Below, piece after piece: positions 54,087 through 64,000 of a DNA stretch of 64,000 nucleotides (position 1 is the stretch's first letter; each line of letters opens with the position of its first letter). The DNA is from Octopus bimaculoides (taxonomy: Eukaryota), in the NCBI RefSeq assembly GCF_001194135.2, contig NC_068982.1, forward strand, positions 91,142,793-91,206,792. Direction: 5' to 3'. The notes beneath the pieces are model-generated. The model saw nothing but the letters and a program-made list of their open reading frames with translations. It ran no database searches and was not told where the DNA came from. The translations under genes were made by a program, and so were the position numbers.

Positions 54087-54299
54087 TATCAACAAACAAG
54101 ATGAGGACAAATATCCGTCAAATGTAAATAATGTAAATAATTCCTCATCTCTTAAATATAGAACTGTATTATTATTATTATTATAATTACTCCAGTAATA
54201 CAACACACTCCTATGGTAGCAATAGTTATTTAGATTAAAAAAATATAGGTAATAAGTACAACATTAGTAAATATAACAATAACTTTCACAACAATAAGA

Positions 54300-55650
54300 T
54301 TAGTATCTCGGAATCAAGTTTTTGAGTGTGAATGTTAGGTCCAAAATGTGGTTTATCAATGTAAGGTAACGACTAACACCGAAGTCTCGCATTACATAGG
54401 TTGCTCTTCGTCGCAGGTCTCTAGGAGAATCTCTAACCATTACTCAACCTTTAGGGATAGGAATAAATAGTACCGGTCTTAGTAAATTAATCTGGAAACT
54501 TAAGGACTGCAATAAACAATCCTCTTTGGAATGGTCAATACTGGCTACCTCAATACCCTACGACTAGGGCAAACATTTTTGTCCTCTCTGTAACTTGGAG
54601 CTATTCCATATTCTGTTCTCCAAGAATAATTTAGTGAACCAGATAACACAGAGAGCATACAGATGCCAGAATTGGAGGAACCACACCTTCAGCTCGTTTC
54701 ATTAATTTCATCCTTTTTCTTATTTTAGTTATTATTATTTTTTTCACCTACCAGCATACTCACTAGTTAACAGCCACTTTACATGTGGTATGAACTATCA
54801 CCCCACTTTGTATTTATTTTTATTTAACTTTAGATAATAACAATAATAGTAATAATAATAAATTTATTTTTACATTTATAATAATAATAATAACAACAAT
54901 GAGAATAATAACATAATAATATTATCTAAAATAACAATTATATCAAACTCCAACGCAAGTTGTTCACACTCTCTCTCCTTCTCTAGTTAGTACAGCAAGT
55001 TTAACCCCCGAAAAGTTATATTCGTAGAGTTTTAAGTATATTTACGTATATACTATCGATTTTGTTATCGTAAGCATGTTTATTCTTATTATTTCATTAC
55101 TCTATAGTTTTATACCTTGTATTGCCATTTATTTAGGTTAATTACCGTAACTTAATATGATACAACATTAATGATTAATTATATTTACAATCCATCTTTA
55201 ATTTTCATTCCTTATAAACGTTTATTTACATAATTAGTCGTATATAAAGAATTCATTCGAGTCTCTCCCTTTCTTCTTCCAATTACAATAATTTTTTATT
55301 ACCATTATTATTAACTTTAAGAATTTTCTGCGGCTTATTATGTCTTCCTTTAATTTAAACTCTTAGTATAGAGTTCATAGCCGCTCTCCCTAAACAGCTC
55401 CCTGTAAACTAGCGTTCTTGTTTCTAACGGTCATTTAACTTAGCTATATAGTGTTATTCCTCGTACGTAACCTTNNNNNNNNNNTTTAACTTAGCTATAT
55501 AGTGTTATTCCTCGTACGTAACCTTAGCATTCAGCGCAAGTCTTGCATTTGTAATATGGTTCCCTGATGATGAAACTATATGTATATACCAGCATCTCTT
55601 ACTTCTTTGGAGTAGAGTGCATATAACTTTTGAAACATATGTAAGAATTA
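54300..55650 (+). mobile_element. Second Penelope family: GIY-YIG endonuclease plus 3' region
   Basis: NVVYQCKV...HYIGCSS...RRISNHYSTF...TGLSKLIWKLKD...EWSILATSIPY...CPLCNLE.FHIL at 54310-54705, with internal stops. Confidence 0.85.
55560..55647 (+). ncRNA. Type-I hammerhead with a long stem II
   Basis: TTCC-CTGATGA-T-[60-nt hairpin gaaa.tatatg...ca.ctct.tact.tc ttt gg.agta.gagtg.catata..tttt]-GAAA-C-ATAT-G-TA^-AGAA. Confidence 0.6.
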
Positions 55651-57200
55651 AAGGAACTTATTGATTATATGCGTTTTGTTCCATTTATTATTATTCTTTA
55701 TATATATATANNNNNNNNNNNNNNNNNNNNNNNNNNNNNNNNNNNNNNNNNNNNNNNNNNNNNNNNNNNNNNNNNNNNNNNNNNNNNNNNNNNNNNNNNN
55801 NNNNNNNNNNNNNNNNNNNNNNNNNNNNNNNNNNNNNNNNNNNNNNNNNNNNNNNNNNNNNNNNNNNNNNNNNNNNNNNNNNNNNNNNNNNNNNNNNNNN
55901 NNNNNNNNNNNNNNNNNNNNNNNNNNNNNNNNNNNNNNNNNNNNNNNNNNNNNNNNNNNNNNNNNNNNNNNNNNNNNNNNNNNNNNNNNNNNNNNNNNNN
56001 NNNNNNNNNNNNNNNNNNNNNNNNNNNNNNNNNNNNNNNNNNNNNNNNNNNNNNNNNNNNNNNNNNNNNNNNNNNNNNNNNNNNNNNNNNNNNNNNNNNN
56101 NNNNNNNNNNNNNNNNNNNNNNNNNNNNNNNNNNNNNNNNNNNNNNNNNNNNNNNNNNNNNNNNNNNNNNNNNNNNNNNNNNNNNNNNNNNNNNNNNNNN
56201 NNNNNNNNNNNNNNNNNNNNNNNNNNNNNNNNNNNNNNNNNNNNNNNNNNNNNNNNNNNNNNNNNNNNNNNNNNNNNNNNNNNNNNNNNNNNNNNNNNNN
56301 NNNNNNNNNNNNNNNNNNNNNNNNNNNNNNNNNNNNNNNNNNNNNNNNNNNNNNNNNNNNNNNNNNNNNNNNNNNNNNNNNNNNNNNNNNNNNNNNNNNN
56401 NNNNNNNNNNNNNNNNNNNNNNNNNNNNNNNNNNNNNNNNNNNNNNNNNNNNNNNNNNNNNNNNNNNNNNNNNNNNNNNNNNNNNNNNNNNNNNNNNNNN
56501 NNNNNNNNNNNNNNNNNNNNNNNNNNNNNNNNNNNNNNNNNNNNNNNNNNNNNNNNNNNNNNNNNNNNNNNNNNNNNNNNNNNNNNNNNNNNNNNNNNNN
56601 NNNNNNNNNNNNNNNNNNNNNNNNNNNNNNNNNNNNNNNNNNNNNNNNNNNNNNNNNNNNTATATATATATATATATTCATTGAATTGTAATATAATTGT
56701 AATCTTCGGATTTTTTAAACTTGCTAGACCACTGGTTTTAATTGATTAATATCAATTTCTACCCTTATTATTAAATTTTAAATTATGATGTTCTCAAACC
56801 GGTAAATTAGCTGCAGAAATTTATTAACTGCAGAGTTATTTCCGGACTCAGCGCACCAGATTGAAGACATTTGAAAGGATACACTGAATGTAATTTGTAG
56901 AACTCTACACATGCTCCCTTTCGGGTGATCGTTCTGTGTCTAGTTCTGGAAATTATATTCTATAAATTGACAGACTACGCTGATGATCCTGCAGATATTT
57001 ACTTGTGTAAATATTAACAGGTGACACCAACAGGTTAATCATCTCTTTTTATTTAGTATTTTTTTTATTTGTCTTGCCCTTTTACAGTCTGGGTCCTCGC
57101 TGAAATTTTTACTGAGAACATATTCTTCGTGGTTAGGTGATTCGGCATCTATTTCTAGCATATAGGAGTCCACGTTTGCTGGTCATCCCTCTTATTTTTG

Positions 57201-57248
<48 letters not shown>

Positions 57249-57452
57249 TGTATGTGTGTGTGTGTGTGTGTGTATATGTATATATATTGTAATTTTCCAA
57301 TACTGAAACACGTATTAACTAAAGTAGAAGTTAATTAATGCTAGTAATTTTGGTTATATCCTTTAAGTATTATTTCGTGATGTGCAAATTGATACCATAA
57401 GTTCACTTTCAGATATACTCATTAGATTTTTTTTTTGTATTATCTGAAGTAG

Positions 57453-57628
57453 AAAACCCGCATATCCATTAATCCCCCAAAGTTGAATTAACATTGACTT
57501 TTATCGGATACTTTGTATATTTATAGATAAATATATAAATATAAGATAAATAAGACCCCAGGGTACGATATGTAGATGCACATAATGCAGAAGGGTTGTA
57601 CCTGATTGATTTGGGAATTTGTTTTCGC

Positions 57629-57714
<86 letters not shown>

Positions 57715-58351
57715 AGAATAAGGGCAGGGAATCGTCAATTAATAATAGAATTAATCATTAACAATTTTGCCAAGTAGTTCAGTATGAAAAAACCTTTATC
57801 GGTAAAACCATTTATCATCATAAATATACAGGGATTAGCATTGAGTTGCTTCTCCAACATACTGAAAATTTAGAAATAGCAGTCAAAGAACTACTGATTC
57901 TAAACTACAAATTTTTCTCTAAATGGATGGCGATATTTATGGCACACATAGAACCAAAAACCGGAGGGGAAAGCATAAACAAAACAAGTCTTTAGTTAAT
58001 CGGATACGATCGTTTCATGGTTAAGAGAATGAAAAATCCCTATTCAACTTTGGGGGATTAATGGATATGCGGGTTTTTAGAGACAATTTCAAATTTATCA
58101 GAATATCGGACTGAGGATTTGGAATAGGGATTTTTCATTCTCTTAACCATGAAACGATCGTATCCGATTAACTAAAGACTTGTTTTGTTTATACTTTCCC
58201 CTCCGGTTTTGTTCTATGTGTGCCATAAATATCGCCATCCATTTAGAGAAAAATTTGTAGTTTAGAATCAATAGTTCTTTGACTGCTATTTCTAAATTTT
58301 CAGTATGTTGGAGAAGCAACTCAATGCTAATCCCTTTATATTTATGATGAT
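57453..58351. repeat. Nested inverted duplication
   Basis: 57814-58045 is the reverse complement of 58122-58351 (about 5 differences); 57453-57488 is the reverse complement of 58042-58077. Confidence 0.9.
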
Positions 58352-58393
58352 TATTATGATTATATATATATATATATATATATAATCCACGAA

Positions 58394-58642
58394 TTTTAAT
58401 GCATCGCTACCTGCATTTCCACAAATCACATGTTTCTTATGACTTGGTATGATTACAGTACAATTCTGAGATGATTATAGTACGATTCCTTGTTTGATTA
58501 CAGTACAATCCGTAATATCCATGGACATCATGTGGATTTTCGTTCATACGTTCATTTCTTCGGGCGATATATTCCCAGGAATACGGACTAACGTCGTAAG
58601 AAACATGTGATTTGTGGAAACTTGGGTAGCGATGCATTAAAA
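58394..58642. mobile_element. MITE with about 50-bp terminal inverted repeats
   Basis: ttttaatgcatcgctacc...tttccacaaatcacatgtttctta.gac at the left and its reverse complement at 58593-58642. Confidence 0.75.
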
Positions 58643-59235
58643 TATTTATAAATTCCGTTCATGGTTTGTTATTACTATTATATTTATCCTATATTATATC
58701 GGCACAGCTCGGTACAACATCATATAACTACTGTTGTCAGTTAGTATCATTGAGCGGTAACGACATAATAAACCAGGTACTTTTATATGCGTACTCAAAA
58801 CCATTTCCCGTAAACGAACTTATATATATATACCAATGTATCAACCACATTATTAGAGGTTGTTATACACCGCTGGTTACAATGCACTTCTTCGCATTGT
58901 TGTAACTCTCAAATGATGCCATTCTGCTGCTAAGAGGGCAGGCCAAGGGCGTATAAGTGACAAAGATCGTGATATCCCTCTAATCGGAACGCCAATATGT
59001 CGCAGAGTAATTTACAGACGAATGAATTGGAGCAACGTGAAATGAAGTGTTTTTTCTCAAGAACACAACGCACATCCTGGTCCGGAAATCAAAACCACGA
59101 TCGTGCGAACATGAGTGCAGCAACCTAACCACTCAGTTATTCGCCTCCAGATACATACATTTATACACACGCACACACATACACACGCAGATACACACAC
59201 ATAGATACATATCTATATGCATAGACAAAACAAAG

Positions 59236-59319
<84 letters not shown>

Positions 59320-59344
59320 GTAAAAACAGGGTCGACTAAGTCTG

Positions 59345-59680
59345 GTGAGCGGTTATGATAACGGTTGTGGAATTGCTAGTTGGAGAAAGCAAAATATGGT
59401 GCCGTTGTTTTAGCAGACACCACATCTGCCAGCCAGGTGTTGCAGTGTGTTAATTTGTGATTATTTGCCGATCAGTCATTTAGCATTCTTCTGGATGCAG
59501 TGTAGGATGCGTATATCTAGTAACAGTACAGTCTTAGATATGGTGGGGGAGCACTGGGTTTTGTGGAGTGTCAAGTATTTTCTGGTCAGGAGCAGGAAAG
59601 TTAGTTTCTATGGTGTAGTATTAACCATGTTATATGAAGGTGTGTAGCCTAGATGTAATGGTGTTCACTAATGATTTTAA
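59345..59680 (-). mobile_element. Probable CR1/Jockey-type LINE 3' remnant
   Basis: Degenerate L.RIQKNAK.LIG...LT..LQ.LA pattern on the minus strand. Confidence 0.4.
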
Positions 59681-60979
59681 GATAGGCGTTTTGATTCCTG
59701 GACCAGACGGAGCATTTTTTTCTTGAGCAAAATGAGCTCCAAGAATATCAAGGAAATCAAGGAATATCAAGGAAACCCTGCGGCGGACCGGTGCCCCATA
59801 CAGAGTGGAAGGAATGTTGTTATCTCAGTCATTTATTCGACATAGAAACCGGGTTAAACTCTGGATTTATGAATCCCACGGCTCGAGACAGAAGATAGAT
59901 TAGCTATCTATTTAAGAAGGCAGCTAACGTGTAGTCAATGTGTAAGCTAGAATTTGTAGAAACGTTTTCGAAATAGCTAATTATTTTATGATAAATATAT
60001 ATTCTCACTTTGCTGATACGAATTAGTAATTTTCTTTTCATATGTATAAACTCTTCCATTTGATTCTATGAAAAACTCGTAAATCATATTATGAAGTTCG
60101 GAAGCAACAAAGTTAGAAACCGTTGTCGTTGAATTTGGAAATTAAAAACAATGATAAATTATGAAACTTGTAACTATATGATATTGGTCTCTTTTGGTTC
60201 GCAACATGGTCGGTTTGGATAGAGAGATATATGGAGATGTTTTCGTAAAGTTGCAGACATCATACACAGCTGTTGTTCGCTTATGGAGGAATTTCCAAAT
60301 GAAAATCTGATTGGATATCTTCATGTTATGCATGCATACGAACAGATCTTCTTACAATAAATTTCGTCCTTTCACTTATTCATGGTTCATTTGTTGTTTT
60401 GCTACGAGTGTGGTATTTCTGGTGTCGAAATATCAGTTGTTTGTATTCATATAAATTGTATCCCATAGTGTAATGGTTACATTGTTATTATTCTAATTAC
60501 ATCCCTATAGAGAACTGATGTATAAGCATCAACGAATAAATCCACGATAATTAAGAACTCAATTCATATCAGGTTAAACTATGACAGGTTATTGCATTGC
60601 AGTAAATCCGAGTGTAAAAACCTAATAGGTTAAAACGATCCTTAAGAACAGAATATTTTGCATAAAACCAGAAAAGCATAAATATCATACATAGATCATA
60701 TGTTATCCTAATAAAACAGCTCTTGAGCACAATTGAAGTATGAAGTATACGTGAAATTCCTGCTTTTCTTCTAATTATATAAATTGTTGCTTCGAATAGC
60801 TTACAAAGTCGGACTCTAATAATAAATAACTGAAATCTACTGACCTTTGATATTTATTTTTCATTTGCTTCAGTTATTGAACAACTCCCATGCTGGGACA
60901 CAACGTATCAAAATTTTACATTCCAATACGCCATTTATTTTATATAATTCTGATGCATTATTACATATTCTCTTTGCAG

Positions 60980-61213
60980 ATTGTCTTTGAGGGTTCAACA
61001 GAAACTGGTTACCAAGGAGATATAGCCATTGATGATATAAACATACACGATGGTCCGTGTCCTGTCGATGCCCAGATAAAACCAGTATCAGTTCCCGATA
61101 TCAATATTGTTTCCCTAGCAAACAATCAAACTGCTCTAAAATCTATTAAGAAGAGAAGACGGAAGCTCTTGCGTCATTTCCGGCGGAGAAACGGCACGCG
61201 CCACGGTGAATAA
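60980..61213 (+). CDS. Terminal coding exon: MAM C-terminus plus basic tail and stop
   Basis: Acceptor ttctctttgcag. Translates IVFEGSTETGYQGDIAIDDINIHDGPCPVDAQ...KSIKKRRRKLLRHFRRRNGTRHGE*; IVFEG..G..GDIAIDDI....G.C is the canonical MAM end. Confidence 0.95.
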   Translation: MVFEGSTETGYQGDIAIDDINIHDGPCPVDAQIKPVSVPDINIVSLANNQTALKSIKKRRRKLLRHFRRRNGTRHGE

Positions 61214-61319
61214 TAGTTAATAGACACACAGAGATAGTCTGCCAACAAAAGTAACTTGACGAATATATACATATACATATATATATTCATGAATATATAT
61301 ATATATATATACATATACA

Positions 61320-61365
<46 letters not shown>

Positions 61366-61809
61366 NNNNNNNNNNNNNNNNNNNNNNNNNNNNNNNNNNN
61401 NNNNNNNNNNNNNNNNNNNNNNNNNNNNNNNNNNNNNNNNNNNNNNNNNNNNNNNNNNNNNNNNNNNNNNNNNNNNNNNNNNNNNNNNNNNNNNNNNNNN
61501 NNNNNNNNNNNNNNNNNNNNNNNNNNNNNNNNNNNNNNNNNNNNNNNNNNNNNNNNNNNNNNNNNNNNNNNNNNNNNNNNNNNNNNNNNNNNNNNNNNNN
61601 NNNNNNNNNNNNNNNNNNNNNNNNNNNNNNNNNNNNNNNNNNNNNNNNNNNNNNNNNNNNNNNNNNNNNNNNNNNNNNNNNNNNNNNNNNNNNNNNNNNN
61701 NNNNNNNNNNNNNNNNNNNNNNNNNNNNNNNNNNNNNNNNNNNNNNNNNNNNNNNNNNNNNNNNNNNNNNNNNNNNNNNNNNNNNNNNNNNNNNNNNNNN
61801 NNNNNNNNN

Positions 61810-61857
<48 letters not shown>

Positions 61858-62104
61858 ATATATTTATACATATGTGTGTGTATGTGTATACTTGCATAGT
61901 GTCCATCAAAAATGACTGGCTTTAGTTGATTGTGGAATAAAATTTGCGCACATAAATGTTATAGAAATTTTATTGCGATATAATCATCAATTACTTCTAA
62001 CTTTGTTAAGATATTACTTTATCTTCTTCAGTCTATCACGATATATTTTTCACTCTCTTTCTTTGTCGCTCTCACACACTCTCTCACTCCCTGTCTCTCT
62101 CTTT

Positions 62105-62145
<41 letters not shown>

Positions 62146-62372
62146 TCTCTTACCTATCTCTATTTCTAACTTCCTTTCTTTCACCTGTTTCTGAAGAGCC
62201 ATTGTTTTCTCATTCGCTATTCCTAAAACATAACAGCACACACACACACGTAGACAAGTACGCCTACATACATATATCCATACTTTCATACACACATACA
62301 TACATACATACATTCACACATACATTCACACATACATACATACATACATACATACATACATACATACATACA

Positions 62373-62403
<31 letters not shown>

Positions 62404-63969
62404 GTATGTATGTGTGCATGTGTTTGCATTAAAATAGTAAAATTAAGAAGATTATGAGGTAAAGAAATACAAACAAATATCTGAAGTTAAAGAATACTCG
62501 GAGTGGAAAAGGCAGAAAAATAGAACGAAACTATAACAACAAAATATTATGTACTGTGACAATAATACGTGCAATGACATTAAATACGTTAAATGAAATT
62601 AACAGGAAAGGACTATTCACTTTATTAACTTTCTTAAAACGAAGTAAAAGCTATAAGACGATCAGAGAAAACTACACCACATCAACATATATATACGTAC
62701 ATATATGTATACATACATATATGAAGATGTATGTATGTATTTCAAAAGAAGCATATATATATATATGATATATATGTTTATATATGTATGCATATATATG
62801 TTAAGTTAAGTGTATATATAAATATATTTGTTTCTATATGTATATATACATGTATATATAAACATAAGCTTAAATATATATAGGTATAAAAATATTTATA
62901 CACACACACATACACACACACACACGCATATATATATATATATATATATGTATATTTATACAGATATATATAAATATATAGGAATATATACATGCATAGA
63001 TATGAATACATATATGCATACATCAATATATGTATATATATATCAATATATATATATATATATAACAATATATATATATTCATATATATACATGAATATA
63101 TACATGCATAAACATATATTCATATATATATATATATATATATATATAACATAATAAATAATAATAATAATAATAATAATAATAATTTGCTGTAAACATA
63201 CTAAAACTATCAAGCATTTGAACTATCAAGTCTAGCATTAACCTCACAACCAACCAACTCTGGTTTCTTGAATATATGAACAATTCAAAAGATGTTAAAC
63301 GGGTTGAATTATATTTTTCTGAAATAAATATTTAATAATAAACCATATTCAATAAGACATAGATTTGAGCATGTCGTTAAAGTAGCTCACAATATTTTTC
63401 AATCGAATCCTAATGATCGAATATTTGCTAAGTACAATATTTTAACTGAATGTATTGATTTTTTTTAATTATTATTTTGTGTGAGTGCGATGTCTATGAA
63501 GGAACGGTGAAACGTCGAACAAAGTGCCTTCAGTTATGACACTATATCGTTTCAGGTCAAATCCCACCAGAGTCGACTTTGCTTCCCATCCTTCTTGGAC
63601 GTATAAATACCGGTAAATTACTGGGATTGATATAATCACCAATAGCTATCCCATATATTTGAGGCACAATTATTCTACAAATATATTTGTGTGCATCTGT
63701 ATGTCTGTATGTATGCATTTGTGTGTGCGTGACTAATGAAGCATGATTAACAAAACCTTTCTTTTGGTTGTAACTATAGACTTTTACATAAAATATATAT
63801 TTTGATTAGCCTCCACCCCCAACCCATCTTTTTCTAACACTATCAACACCATTAACACTTTTTGTACTTTGTTTCCTTTATGAACAATTGTTTCTCATTG
63901 TATTGTTGTATTGTATAAAAATTGCTTAAATATTATTTCCTTTTACTGTTGGTATATACATATACATTC

Positions 63970-64000
<31 letters not shown>

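Larger units (their letters stand above)
53195..54166 (+). mobile_element. Penelope-like element, 5'-truncated: RT thumb, GIY-YIG and terminal repeat
   Basis: SVYCKPTFTGRYLNFNSHHPYSVKRGIAQCL...NNYP...LPYVKGLSEKIQKIC [N-gap] GIADHVWQNGDH...WDEVKIIDREQHWKIRKLKEA, then the terminal repeat at 53893-54166; (AAT)n/(ATT)n flanks. Confidence 0.92.

Noticed and set aside
55434-55525. Exact 41-bp direct repeat
   Set aside because: The two copies flank a 10-N gap, which is typical unmerged contig overlap.
61936-61941. AATAAA as the poly(A) signal of the MAM gene
   Set aside because: The hexamer is common in this AT-rich DNA and cannot be assigned without 3'-end data.

Overview
AT-rich, microsatellite-dense animal genomic DNA with N-gaps. 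It is almost certainly coleoid cephalopod (Octopus-type), judged from recognisable tRNA-derived SINE families; this is recognition, not a database hit. Nearly all ORFs in the supplied track are microsatellite or gap artefacts or retroelement debris. The one real host gene is on the + strand. Four GT-AG exons (15042-15197, 20683-20834, 26829-26942, 60980-61213) splice in frame to a complete MAM domain plus a polybasic C-terminal tail and stop; the upstream exons were not found in the window. The introns (5.5, 6.0 and 34 kb) are filled with decayed mobile DNA: several R4/Dong-clade elements in trinucleotide microsatellites, RTE and CR1-type LINEs, a Gypsy integrase fragment, at least three Penelope-like (PLE) families, three SINE families, MITEs, a HINE-like Helentron derivative, and probable pogo and Helitron remnants. 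The most interesting signals are: (1) a Penelope family whose terminal repeat begins with a tRNA-like Pol III module and contains a minimal type-I hammerhead ribozyme; (2) further hammerheads of different architecture on the host sense strand within the big intron; (3) a meprin-like fifth cysteine in the MAM domain; (4) several long inverted repeats that could form intronic dsRNA.
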